A stretch of DNA of 64,000 nucleotides from Chrysomallon squamiferum (lineage: Eukaryota; Animalia; Mollusca), in the NCBI GenBank assembly GCA_012295275.1, contig CM022674.1, forward strand, positions 8,990,001 to 9,054,000, written 5' to 3'. The notes under the pieces are model-generated. The model saw only the letters and a list, made by a program, of their open reading frames with translations. It did not search any database and was not told the origin of the DNA. The stretch's first letter is position 1; each line of letters begins with the position of its first letter. This document shows, piece by piece, positions 14,601 to 28,400 of the stretch. The position numbers were made by a program, and so were the translations under genes.

Positions 14601-16757
14601 TTTGCTTATTAATTTTCTATTATTTCAGGTAACACAAGTATTGGTGATGCTGCAGACATCCAGTTAAGAATTAAACGACTGAGAGAAAAACTTGTACAGA
14701 TAAAACGTAAAAGGTAAATCATTGTATAACTATAACAATAATTTAGTTTTCTTTTTCTTTAAATAAGATAATTCAGGAGTATAAAGGACATTTTAAAAAT
14801 TATTTGTACTTCTATAGTTTTATTTATTTTTTTAGAAAATAATTATATGTAGAATTATATGTATGTATACAAAACTGCTTTATAAAGCAATCAAGAATAT
14901 TTTTCTGTACAAATTTTCTATTTTAGTTTATTGTATCCAAGCTAAAAATTATATATGTCAAATAGTTCAATTTAAATCTTAACAAATTTCTTTTGCAATT
15001 TAATGGTTTCAGAGAAGCATGGGATGATGATATTTTAGTAAAACAAAATGGACATTTGTCATGTGAACAGGTGATCAATAGCTAGGTGTGTCAGCTTTTT
15101 TGAAAGAGTACAACAACTTTTCCCATTCTCGTAGTCAACAGTCTGCATGTTGGGCTACATAATTTAATAATGCATTTCTTTTCACTGTGTTAATAGGAAT
15201 AACCTACTTCTGAACTAATTTACAAATAACATTTGAATTTTGTTTCTGATCTATTTTGAATTTAATTATGTTACATTTTTGTATGGTATTATTCCTGTTT
15301 AACTATTTACAGTTTTTTTATCAATTTATTCACATATTCTCTTGATTTTGACAAGGAGGATTGCCATTTGCAACACTTAACACAATACCTTATACAAGTG
15401 AAATTACATTAATTTTGTGTTTGAACATTGCATGTTAAAATGCATGCTTGTTTGTTTGGTAATCGTGTTTAAATCTGAAATTTTCTCATATTTTCATGAA
15501 TTAAAATGTGCCTGATCTTTACCATCTAAAGCTACAATTAATATTCTTTTATAACTTTTACTCATTACATGTGAGAGTAAAAAAGAAATAACAGAGGAAA
15601 ATCTAACAAATCAATACTGACATATTGAAATATATATATAATCTTTTTTTTAATCAATCTTTTATGAATGAAAACACTGAAAGTGCAGATTAAACTTTTC
15701 ATTTTTCTTTTATGGTTACATTGTAACTTTAACTTGAGAAATATCAAACCCTTAACTGTATTGCAATTAATTTGATTTGTTGTTTAACATTATTCATAGC
15801 AGACCTCATCAAAAGTGCCATAGCCTATTAGACTAAAATAATGTGGTAGTGCATTTTAAATGAGTATGTACAATAACTTTAATTTTTGAGTATAATTAAC
15901 TCAACATATTCATTTGAATGTCATTTGAACATCATTGACGAACACTGAATTTTTGAAAAAAATTGTGATTTCCATTTCTCTAATGATGGTTTGTGTGTGT
16001 GTGTATTCTTTACTTCAGTGATAATCATCTTAATGGTACATAATATCTGTGTATGGTTTTTCAGTTATTTGTTATAAAATAAGTGCCAGACTGATATATG
16101 GTTGAAATATGGGTTTTTTTGAATGGCCATTGCTTGTTTAATTAATTTGTACCTGATAAACATAAAATACTAATGTAACTGGTGCATTTTTTTTTATGTG
16201 TTTGCAAACAACAGCAACAACAACAATAATACTTATAAAAACAATTTAATGGAAACATGAATAGATCATTTAATAAACTGTGCATAAACTGTTTTCCTAT
16301 AAAACTTTAAAGTGTTTTAAAAAAATTATTTTGTTTTATTTATTGTTGGAGAAAAATAATTGTTAAATAATTAAATAAATGAATAAAGAAAGTAATAAAG
16401 AAAATTAACCTAGTAAGAGAAAAATTGTTTTAAAAAATATGCCTATATTTTTTGTAAAAATAAGGAAACAGCTGATCTCTATTCACACAATATTTTTTGT
16501 TACAGGATGACTATATTCACACAACAGTTTTAGTTACAGGATGTCCAGATTCATACAGTATTTTTACTTACAGGATTGCTGTGAATGACAAAAGAAGGCG
16601 AGTGGAGACGGATGATGAGAAGTTTCTTTGTGATGAAGAATACTCATGTCTTGAAGAACAGTGCAGACAGGCTGACTCTGAAATCACATGCCTTGTTGAC
16701 ACTTTGTCACAACTCTATCAATCAGACATGATCAGTGAAGACTCTACTCAGTGTTAA
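1781..16757 (+). CDS. AFAP1: AFAP1/AFAP1L-family actin-filament-associated adaptor (Pro-rich, PH1, PH2, C-terminal coiled coil); 5' end not located
   Basis: Phase-consistent GT-AG exons 1781-1818, 1941-2278, 2765-2855, 3372-3732, 4046-4156, 9537-9621, 9956-10192, 11008-11228, 11719-11895, 12427-13459, 14629-14713, 16574-16757 total 2961 nt, in frame to TAA. Contains PPPPLPPRR, the AFAP1-like motif STSYESYDEEE, PH1 (SGELYYRGKLSWNRR...WAQTWCE), PH2 (AGYLEVFSSFNKRRWGKRYC...MIIWVNVL) and LEEQCRQADSEITCL resembling the AFAP1 leucine zipper. Confidence 0.85.
3051..3350. repeat. Intronic tandem repeat, about 3 copies of a ~98-bp unit
   Basis: GTGAATTTCCTTTCTCATTTCATACTTTATAAACTAGAATATATTAAAAATGG recurs at 3051, 3148 and 3248, with a partial start near 3344. 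Confidence 0.95.
4991..6348 (+). CDS. Large Ser/Thr-rich cassette exon of the AFAP1-like gene with an internal frame break near 5612-5632
   Basis: AG ends at 4990 and a GTAAGT donor starts at 6349; both are phase 0, matching exons ending 4156 and starting 9537. One frame is open 4991-5632 and the -1 frame is open 5587-6405. Confidence 0.6.
10922..10956. repeat. (TG)n microsatellite
   Basis: Read directly from the sequence. Confidence 0.95.
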
Positions 16758-19700
16758 TACAATTTGTAATTCAGTAAATGTGAGGCTCATCACTGTTGTC
16801 AATAAAACATCTACACAGAGTTACAGTTTTAGTAATCTAACTCCACACGCTCATCAGTGTTTCAGTATTTCATTTCTTTCTAATAAATTCTAAAGAACTA
16901 TTCCAGAAGATAATTCATTTATAATAATTGGTATCATTAATGTTTAGTTATTACTTTTTATTTTGGTTAAAATATAAAATATAATATTGCTAGCTAATCA
17001 AATAATTAAACAGGCTGTGATGTGTACTTGATTATCTTTTCTGTCTTAAAAGAACACAGTAAACAGGTGGACAAATGTTCAATATGAACATTCCCTCAAA
17101 TTTTTCCAGTACATACACGAGATTAAAGAACTGGTTTTATCTCTTATCTCCATCTTTGTTTCTCTGTCTTAGCCAAAATTGCACATATTTGCTCCAAGCA
17201 CAAATAACCTGTGAAATATAATAAAAAAAGGACCTGGTATTTTTCATATTTCCAGCACATAATTATATATTAGTTTTTAAATAATACACTTAATTTAAAA
17301 AAAGAAATAAAGAATGATGTCGACTTAATTTACCTTCTTAGTTAGGGACCAGTATGCTTAAAATGAATCTTTTGTGACATCTATTCTGGATGGATTGATC
17401 AACTTGGTGTTTTTATTCATATGTCTTTATTATAAATTTATCTTTTATATAAATCAGTGAGCAAGTCACTGCAAGATTATTGTTTTATTTTTATTTTTTA
17501 TTTTTTTTTGTGTGTGTGTTGACCAATGTATTTCAAGTTTCTAACTAAAAACCATATTGTAATACAAATTGTCTCAAAATAAGAATTTTTTACTTCTTTT
17601 GATGTAGTAGAAATACATAAAGATGAAAACTTTACATTTTCTTTCAGTCACTTATAATTGTATTTTTCCTTTCATAAAATAAATATTTTTCCATCAGTCA
17701 TGTTTAAAACTTTTTTTTTTGTATCAGTAACAAATGTAGCACTTCTGTGTCATAATGTAGTTATTTAACTACAGAAAATAAAACATTCTTTTGCTTTCTA
17801 AAGTAATTGTGGCAATTAAGTAAAATAAAACATATCTCCACAGTCTATTTACAGATGAAAAACATTTTTATATGTCACTTGACTTCCTCTGTGATATGCA
17901 AGGCTATGAAAGAGTTGTTGATAAAACAATTTTGCTCGATTGTCTTTGTTTTTCATGAACCTGTCAGGCTATCTTTCATTTCGATCATTTCGAGAATCTT
18001 ATGAGATTACAGAAAGTTGATTGTATTGGCTGATTCGTGTCAAATCAGATACAGGTTTCACATATTAATTGAAATATTTTATTATTTTAAATTATTATTA
18101 TTCTTTAATTATCAGGTTGATTCTGTATTGTTCTTAGATCATCAATAGTTACATTCTTTCTTTGAAAGAGTCCTGACCAGTAGATAAGTGCATACATATA
18201 AAATACAAATTTTATATTACTTTCTGAATTTTGCAAGATGCTGTATTTCATTTTGGAAATGACTGTTATTGTTATAAGATTTCAGCATTTAAAAAACAAC
18301 CATATATTCAGGTTTGTTGCTAAGAATACAGCACTACATGTGAAAGAAATAATAAAAAAAGAGTATCTTATGGGATTGACTTCAATTAAAAATAATTATT
18401 TCCAAATGCAGTGCCACTGTAGAACTGAATGTCCATTCCATTTGCTGCTTTGTCAGCACTCAATAGGATTATATGTACAAAACAGTGTCACAAATGAAAC
18501 TTTTATTTTAATCTCATACTTTATTATTGTCAGTGGAAGGTTTGAGATAAATTATTGTTTGTAAGTGTGCAGTATGTATTTGATACTGTTTAACCTGCAA
18601 AGTATGTTAGCATAATGAAATAATGATTAATGATAAATCTGTGATATGTTCAAAAAGTTCTATGAAATGTTAAACTGGATCAGCTATTTTCAATCAAATT
18701 AATTTTTATTTATATTAAGATACTTTTCTTTGTGGTCAGAATCATATTTCATGTTTTGGTAATGAAATAATCAGTTACAAATTTGTTTAAGGCTTTATTG
18801 AATCCCAGGCATTTTTGTAATTGTTAAAATGAATAATAATTTGTTTTTCTTGCAGATTTTTTTTTTTTTTTATCAATGTTTTCATAATAGATTCAAAATG
18901 TATGAAAGAATAAATTAAAAATAAATTTAAAGAAGTTAAAAATTAATAATAAGAAGAAGAAATAATAAGAAATTAAACAATAAAATTTGTTTTTGCAGTA
19001 TTTTTGATTAAGAATAAGTTATAGAAAATAAATATTGCAAATTTAAACTTTTTAAAAATAATTGCTGTTTTTACTCTGTATTTTTTTGTATGTATATTTT
19101 TTCAAATTTTTGTTTTGCTACATAATGAAAGGACCAATTAAAAATACACAAAAATTATATTTGATAATGATGGCCATAAGTTGTGATTAGACTGATTTAA
19201 ATTGCTGAAATAAGCCAATTAGCTATAAGTATTTTTTCAAAGTTTTGTTTGTTATCTCGTCAGAGATAAATGATAACTTTTATATAACTAGTGGGCACAT
19301 TAGTTTTTTTCAAATTTTTTTTTTATATGTTTTTATTTTGTATTTATGTACCTTATTATTTCTGTCTTTTAAAACATTCCCTATTTTTGGAAAAAGGTAT
19401 ATTTTAGATGTCTTATTTACTAAATGTACTGGCACCAAAATAGTTTATGTTCTATAAATGTTATAAATTTTGTAATTTTTTTACAATGATCGTAACTTTT
19501 TGAAGCCAGTGTAAGCTGAAACAAATTTATTTATTTATAAATACTAATGATAATGGTAAAGAAATATAAAGCACAAAATCAAAAATGATTAAATTATTCT
19601 TTCTACTTAAAATTGTTTGTTTATTGATATATATATATGCAGGTTTGATTATAGCATTTGCATATGGAGTTGAAAACATAATGTAAAAAAATAAATATGT

Positions 19701-20939
19701 AGGATTTTTGGTTGTTTCTTCTTTTTTTTTATTATTATTATTATTTTTTTTTTTATTTTAATATTACAAATAATTAAATGTAATTTACTATAATTTGTAA
19801 TTTGAGATCTTTACAGAATTTCGTTTAGTTCAATTTCTACATACCAAAGCCACATTTCACTGAGAGAGCTTTGTACTGGTAAATGAAGAAGCTAACACAA
19901 TTAATTATTTACTACCACTGTGTTCATTCATAAGACTTATTAACAAGTAGATATATTACAACATGCTTGAAATAAATACTTTAACATAAGTTGTTAGCCT
20001 TTTGTTTTTGATAATCAGTACATTTTTCAAGGAAGAATGAAACTACTTTGTTGCATATGATTTTCCTTTCCTCTTATAAATGTGAAAATTTTAGCTCTTC
20101 CAGTGTATTAATTATACAACTACTGTAAATATTTCAGTAGAGGTTAATATTAAGGAGACAGACAACTGCTGTGAAAAAAAAAAAAAAAAAAAAAAAACTG
20201 ATTTGAATTACCAAAATATATTTTTTTATGTTATATGAAGTACTGCAATATTGTACACTGTGACAGTATCCTTAATATAAACCATTAATTTAACAACAAA
20301 TGCATTAATCTGAACGTTTTAAAGGCACAATACTGATGTGTTCTAAGCCAATCACATCACAGGCTTAACAAACCTCCACATAATATTACAGAAACTTATT
20401 ATTACTCTAATTGTTAAAATAGTTAATAGAAGTAAACTGATAAGCTAATTGGTCTAGCCAAATCCAAACTGGAATGTCTTGTATTTTCTTAAACACATTT
20501 TTAAAGCATCATCTGAATTTTCATTATCTTAGTGTATTATAAAAACTTTGAGACAGGCATTGACTGGGCAAGCTCTAATGAAAGATTACAACATAATCTG
20601 TATTAACAATTTGAAAAGCAAATGTAAGAAATGTACGCAGACATCTAATTATATTACCAGCTGGTATCAATTCTCTGAATTATGTCCGTTATGGAGGAAT
20701 AAACAACATGCATGATATTCTGTGGAAAGAATTAACTTGAAATAACAGAATTATAAACAAGTATTTTCACTCAGTCATACACAGGTGTTGTCATGAAGAT
20801 AGTAATATTCTGTCCTTCATAGAAATGTCATTCTAAGAATGAAGTTATGTTTACAAGGTTTTATATTATCTTTGTAGATGTGTCTAGTCAAAATGGATAG
20901 TATGAGGACAAAAACCCAGTGGACAAAAAATCAGTCACT

Positions 20940-21150
20940 TATTGTAAATGCAGACTAAACAACTACTGTTGATTTTATGTATGTAAACAATACTGACCAT
21001 CAATAGCACAAACCTACAGCGTTGAGGGAGATTACTTGGACAACTACATCAACTCTCCAGAAGAAGCTTCATGGCACAAGAAATGATCTACAGAGAACAA
21101 TATCATTCATAGTCACTGCTGGCTTTCACACATTAATGAAAAAAAATAAT
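20940..21150 (+). mobile_element. 3' fragment of a non-LTR retrotransposon (probably I/Nimb-like)
   Basis: Translates ALREITWTTTSTLQKKLHGTRNDLQRTISFIVTAGFH, resembling from memory the LRxxIWP...LQxKLYG...DLxRTxxFI C-terminus of invertebrate LINE ORF2; an A-rich tail follows. Confidence 0.5.
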
Positions 21151-21406
21151 GTATTAAAATAAATCTTACATTAAGCCTCTGAAACTTAGATGCATGAAAA
21201 AAAAAAAGAAGAGAAAGAAGAAAAGCTTGTCTGTCAACTAATACAAGCCGATCACTTACATGTAATCTGTGTTGTCAAATGAATATGCATTTTTACTTTA
21301 TAGTGACCAAAATACAGTTTACAAATTACAGTACCAACAGGTTTTATGACAAAATATATAAAATGCTGTAGGAAAGATACTTAAGATAATTTTTTATTTG
21401 TCAAAT

Positions 21407-21556
21407 ACTCTACAGTTCATCAGTCTTGAAAAATGATCTTTTGGATGTTTGTGGAATCTTTTGAGAATTATATAATTCAGGTGTGTAAGGTACATTTTAC
21501 TTAATGCAGTTAATTAACTAACTAAAATTCATGAGTGTTAACAACATACTCAAAAC
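21407..21556 (+). mobile_element. Dispersed repeat family A (non-autonomous DNA transposon-like), partial copy
   Basis: Near-identical reverse complement of 23087-23240; related to 60750-60800. Confidence 0.75.
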
Positions 21557-22301
21557 AAAGAATGCTATTTGTGGTGTTTTTCCTAAAATGAATTTTTACA
21601 ATGCTCTACATTATAAGCAATGGCAATGTCTTGATTGCATACCCAGAAGACTCAAGGATAAGGCCTAGATTTGAGAAATATTATGACAAAGGAACATGGT
21701 TTGAATATATAAACACAGATGAAACCTAAATTAAACACTTTATTTGATTTAAATAGAAGTCAACCATATGTATTAAGCCATTTTCTCTGATTGCATGCCC
21801 CCCCCCCCCGCATTTGGATGCCCCAACCTCTGATTTTAAGCATTCATTCATTGAGTAAAATAAAGAATTGGAAAAAACGAATAAATGAAAAGAAATAAAG
21901 AAAAACAATTTACATAATTCTTTTTATATAGATCCCCAAAAAGAAATTAAGAATCTCAACAATAAATATATTTAAAAAATCACAAATTATTTTCTCTTAT
22001 CCCTTTTACAGATCACTGCTATAATGCATAGAAAAGAAGTTATAAAAAAATTTAAACAGCTATATAATAATTTATAATATAAAACTGTAGAGTGAGACCA
22101 CTTTTGCACCCCCCCCCGAAAAAGGCCAAAATGCAACGAAAAAATTAAATAAATAAATAAATAATGTAAATATAGTGGAATGTGTATAAACATTTAATAT
22201 ATGAATCTACTAAAAAGAAATAAGAATAATATTTTAATTTTAATTTTATTTTATACCGTTTGTCCAACCAGCGTATAGTGCTTTTCTGGTATCGTAAACA
22301 T

Positions 22302-22311
22302 AAAATGGCGG
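22302..22311 (+). promoter_or_regulatory. YY1-type motif (AAAATGGCGG) in the CpG-retaining promoter/5' UTR of the ZMAT-like gene
   Basis: Lies about 100 nt upstream of ATG 22405, within a local CpG cluster (22250-22510) in otherwise CpG-poor DNA. Confidence 0.6.
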
Positions 22312-22404
22312 ACTAGGCACATGCATTTTTGTAATTGTAATTTGGAAGTTATAATATCATTTGCGCTATATTTTGCTTTTTTGCAAACAAACTAACTTGA
22401 CAGT

Positions 22405-25400
22405 ATGACTTCAGGTTATCAAGGTTTGTAACTTAAAAAAACTATATTATTTATTTTTCATTTAAACTGTCTAGAAATCGGAAATAATCCGACATATTTG
22501 ACGCCAATTTATAATAAACTAAACCAGAACACATTATTTATATTCTTTTCCAGCTGATTTGATTTATTGAATATTCACATTTGAAACTGACCACATTTAA
22601 CATCTGACTGTAATGTTAAAACCTATTAATGTTGAAAATTATAAAAAGTAATAGTAATACTAATACTAACCTCAGCCTCTGCAAAACACATGGCTCAAAC
22701 ACTGAAACAGTGAATGTAATAAATAGGTATGTGATAACACCCCCCCCTAAAAAAAAAAACACAACAACAACAACATCAACAACAAACAAACAAACAAATT
22801 AAATATCATTTTGCATTCAATCATATATCATCAGAAAGAACCCCCCCCCAAAGAAAACCCCAAACAGATTTAAATGTCACCAGTATATATTTGATAGCAT
22901 TGCCATGAGCAAAGTTATGAATTTTTATCTGAATAAAATTTGCAGGAATGTTTCCTTCAGAACCTATGGAGAAACTGATTCATTTCAGTCATTTGGCAAC
23001 ATAAACACTGAAAACCTCATACAGTTAAAAACCAGTGTTAGTGTATATTTATTATATATCAAAATGAGATCTAGAGCTATGGAGTAGTTTTGAGCATGTT
23101 GTTAACACTCGTGAATTTTAGTTAGTTAATTAACTGCACTAATTAAGTAAAATGTATCTTACACACCTTAATTATATAATTCTCAAAAGATTCCACAAAC
23201 ATCCAAAAGATCATTTTTCAAGACTGATGAATTGTAGAGTCTAACTTGCCAAGAAATGTCTTCAATATATCTTTGATAGCATTGCCATGTCTTCATAATT
23301 AATATCTTTATCAGAGAGAAAATCTTATCAAAAACTGAAATATTATGCCTTATAATTACTAAATCAAACAAAATAAATGAAACATCAAACTTTTCAGACA
23401 TCAGCAGCAATGGTAATCACTATGGCTGTTTCTTTTCCCCAGCACACACATTTTGGTATCCAGAGTATTTGTATGAAATTTGGCAGACTGAGATAAATGC
23501 ATAATTTGTAACATATATGATTTAGAGTCCCAAATAAGCTTATCTTAGTCACATGGTTTTTTGTCTATTGATCTTCCATTGTTTGTCATATTTTGTTTTT
23601 GAGAATGTGTACATGATGAAACAGAAATGAGAATGAGGGAAACCCATCAAAGACAGTTAAAACATGTCACAAAAGTTGGGTAATCTTCCACTGCGGTGCA
23701 GTGACAGCTTTTGTCATCTATCTATAGTAAATTAATTTGTAAAGTAATTTTTACATTAATATACTAAGTTGTAATTTAGGTTTTTATTACTATGTTTGTA
23801 AAATAAATCTATAAGTATAAATTATAATTTTGTATGTACTATATAGTTATGTATAATGTATCTGAACTGATCATATTTAAAAAAATAAACCACTTTAAAT
23901 TTATGCTATGCATAAAAGTAAATAATAGAATTAGTATATATGCTATTATTGTTTTTACTAGTAAGTAAATAATAATAATAATAAAAAAATTCTTTTTTGT
24001 CCATTAAATAACAGATTTCACCCCCAGTGGATTAATTATTTTTGACCAACTTCATCACTAGAATTTGTATCAAAAGATGTAATCTTTGAATGTTACAAGT
24101 GAAAAAAATATGTTCATATAATTTATTTGTGCAAATAATATATATAAAAAATAGAACTGTGCAGTTGTTAACTGTATAATAAGATGAATCCACGAAAAAT
24201 AAATTAATTTACTTCAAAGTATTCATTTGCCACCTTTACAGTAAGTTGATTTATTAATTTTATATAATTTATTCTTAGGTTCTAGATAGATAAAAAATAA
24301 AAATTATTATACTTTTTTTATAGATGTTAGTTATTCAAAAAATAATACGATCATACTTCAGATAACATGTATAGCTGAATTAAATGGCCACTTTAGAAAC
24401 TTTTGAAAGAATTGGATAATAATAAATTAACAGTCTAACTGTAGTGATTTTGTAGTGTGAACACTGTTTCTAATTCAGATTACTACCAGTATGGACAGGA
24501 CTATCAGTATGGAGAATATCCTTACAACGCTGCTGCCCCAGCTTCATCAGCTACTCAGCCAGTATCAGCTGTACCTCAAGCTGTTCCACCACCAGTGATC
24601 CCAACTACTCCTGTTGCAGCGGCCCCTTCCACACCTCAGGCTGCACCTCCACAGACAGTGCCTCCTTATGACCAATCTGGCTATCAGTATGATCAGAATT
24701 ATCAGTATCCACAGAATGCAACTGAATATGGCTCCTGGCAAGCTCCACAAGATTATTCCCAATATCAAAGTGGAGATCAGTTTGCTCAGAGCAACACAAA
24801 TAGTAATGCACAGTATACAGCTACATCTTCCCAGTATGCACAAGATCCATTAGGATATAGTCAGACAGGGGCAAGCACAGCATACAGTCAGAGTGCACCT
24901 ATAATGCCACTCACCCAGAATCTAACTAGTTCTGGTTATGAAAGTTCAAGTACAGCTGCTGCTCCATATTCTCAGGCACCATATACTCCAACATCAAGCA
25001 CAGTGCAGTATGGGCAGACAACTACATCACAGTATGAACCTGTATATGGCACAACCAATCCTCCTTATGGACAAGATCCTCAGTATTCTCAGAGCACCTC
25101 CACTGCTCAGTATGGGCAACCTGCAGCTTACTCCCAAAAATCAGGCTATGACCAATCTAGTTCGCAATATGGCAGTGAAACTAGTCCATATTTGCCACCT
25201 GGTGGACAGTATCAAGTATACAGTAATGGGCAAAGTGCAAGTCAGACCAGTTTGACTGCAGCTGGTCAGTATAGTCAACCATCAGCCATTCCATACAGTG
25301 CACCAACTGCAGCTGCTGGTCAATATGGTCAACCACCTGCTGCAGCGGTAACCTACAGTCAGTCTCCTGTAGTGCAGTATAGCCAGACACCAAGTCAGTA

Positions 25401-28400
25401 TGCCACAACTAATCAGACAAGTAGCACAGCTACAGCTGCGCCTCCATACTCTAGCACTGATCACTATGCACCAGGGGCTAGTCAATATGGACATTCTTCA
25501 TATTCTCAGAGCACTCAAGGATATGGTCATGATACACACTATAGCCAGGGTTCCAGTCATTTTGGACAGAATACTCCATCAGTATCTGCAGGAGCAGTTA
25601 CAGAATACAAGAGTAGTTACAACCAAGAATCTTCTCATGGAAGTAGATATGGACATGATAACCAGAGTAGTAATTATAATCAAGGATCATCTTCTAGCCA
25701 GTATAGCCAGCCATCGTTTAGCCAGGTACAACAGGTATCTAACAAAGACAGCAACTACAGACACTATGGCAGCAGCCGATCAGAATATCGGTCAAATAGT
25801 GGAAGAGATTATAGTTCCAGTAAAAATCAAGAAGACTCAAGAAAAGAAAATTTTGGTTCAAGAGGTTATAATCGTTCATCACGAGGGTTTAGAGGTGGTC
25901 AGCGGGCAGGAAATTCTCAAGGTTTTAGGCAGTCCTCACCTAGTATGTCAGACAAATTTAGTAATAATCAGGCTGACAGAGATTCTGTTGAGAGAGGTGG
26001 AGGAAGTTTCCGCCAAGAATCATCTAGCTTTAGAGGTCGAGAACAACGTGGTAGAGGTAATTATCAGAATTCTTCAGATTCAAGACGAGGAGGTCTTGAT
26101 AATAACAGGGGAAGGGGAGGCTACCAAGGTGGATCTGATTCAAGAGGAGCACTTCGAGGTTTGGGCAGTTTCCGAGGTGATAGAGGAGGATCTAGAGGAA
26201 CTTTTGGTAGAGATATTCGTGGTGGGGCTGTAATGCATGGCAAACCAGAATTTGGACGTGGAGGAAGAGGTGGAAGTTTTGGTCATGAGATAAGAGGAGG
26301 TAGCTTTGGTCATGAATCCAGAGGAGGGAGTTTTGGGCGAGAATCAAGGGGAGGTGGTAGTTTTGGGCATGATTCAAGAGGTAGTGGTAGTTTTGGGCAT
26401 GATTCCAGAGGTGGAGGAAGTTTTGGCCATGAAACTCGTGGTGGAGGCCGAACATATGGAAATAATCAGTTTAGTAATCGAAATGCAACAGGTGAATCCA
26501 TTAAAGTGCTTGCAAAATACGAGAATGAGCAGTCAAAAAATGGATCTAAGTTAACTGGTTCCCTGTTAGGGTCAAAGACTGGGTCATCTGATTCTAAACA
26601 AAATTCATCTAAACAAGGAACAACTGATAAATCTCAAACAACATCATCAAAATCTGAAACAACTGCTAAACAAACATCTTCAAGTGACAGTTCTGAAACG
26701 CAGATATCCAAAACAGGATCTAAAACATCTTCACCTAAAAAGTCTAGTACAGCTTTGTCTGGAGAAAATCCTGATAAAAAGACTGACCAAGAGGGTGAGA
26801 ATAAAAGTAGTGATGAAAAGATGGAATCAGATAATAAAGAAGAAACAGAAGATGCTGACATTAATCAACCAAGTTTGCCTCCAGAGATACCTGATATAGC
26901 TCTTGGCAGTACTGATGTTCCAGGAAAAACACCCGAGAAAATTCTGAAACTATGTGAAATGTTGGAGCCACTGAACTGTAAACTGTGTAATATGAATTTG
27001 AAGATTCGCTCACAAGCAGATCAACATTACATGGGAAAAAACCATGCCAAGAAGGTGCGATTGTTTTTTGCTGTAAAAACAGGAAGTAGTGATGATGAAA
27101 CAGAAAAGGCAGAAGGAGAAGAAAAGAAAACTGAGGTAAATATCATTTTATTCTTTAAATTGAGTAAACAGTTATGTCCAGATATAATCATATATGATTT
27201 ATGTAAGTTAATTATTTTTATTTATTTTATTTATCTAAATCTATTAAACTGCTTATTTTATAAATTAATTAAACTTCTGTGTCAGTTCATTTAATTTAAA
27301 AAATCTAAACCATCTGGATATAAATTAATATTTTCATGTTATTGTGTAGTCAACTGAAGTTAAAGAAGTGAGTCCAGAGGTTTACTGCAAAGTCTGTGAT
27401 GTTTCTTTTACCTCTGTCCGTCAGTCCATCCAGCATTACGGGGGCAAGAACCATCAGAAAAAAGCTAAGACAACTACTGGGTCTGGAGATTCTCCTGGAG
27501 CTACTGCAACACCATCAGCAACCACAACACCAGCTGTTGAAGAAACATCAAGGTAATACTACTTTAATTTTTGCTAGAATCTTATTATTTTGTGATTTAA
27601 ATTATTTCTTAATTTTTTCTCTTTTTTTTTTTGATGGTATGTTTTAAAAAGACTTCACCAACTCTAACAATTCTTTGTATTAATTTTTGTTAGTATTCTT
27701 TATGTGCTTTGTATCACTGAGCTATTATTTTATATTTTTAAAATTATTATTTGGTTATTTAATTCTTCTGAATAAGCAAGAGGTGTGCTATTATTTCAGT
27801 GATTCAAAGGCAATATTATATGAATGTGAAATGTGCTGTGTTCAAGTCACATCACAGGAACAGCTGAGCATGCATCTAAATGGTGTAAAACATAAGACTA
27901 AAGTGCGTAACCATGAACGTATGGATAAGCATGATCAGCCTCTTCAAGAACAAATATTCAGAGGTCGTGGACGTGGACGAGGCTTTAGAGGCGACATGCG
28001 TGGAGGCCGAGGTGGTTTCAGAGATAACTTTCACGATAATTTCATGGCTGAACCTTTTATGAGAGATGATTTTCCTGGAGACTTTCGAGGAGATTTTCGA
28101 GGGGATTTTCGTGGTGGCAGAGGTATATTCAGTTTTGACAGACATTTTGGAATTTTTTAATGGGCATTCATAACAATTACTTCTGATAAGCCCTCAGTTT
28201 TTAACTACATCAATTTGGTTATAATTTTGAATTTAGCATTTATGATAAAATTGATATGAAATTAGCAGTCAGTTATTGCAAATTGTTACATTTTTGCCAT
28301 TCTTGCCCAAAAAAGCTTTATTAATTCAAAATTAATTGGGAAAAAAATTATTATTGGGAATTAATAATAATTAATACAAAAATTGAACTACATTTATTTT

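Noticed and set aside
20540-20760. Possible R4/Dong-like retroelement zinc-knuckle remnant (SKCKKC...YITS)
   Set aside because: Too decayed to support by eye.
24565-26899. Overlapping alternative-frame and antisense ORFs in the large ZMAT-like exon (e.g. 25400-26233)
   Set aside because: Shadows of low-complexity codon usage, with no independent start or splice support.
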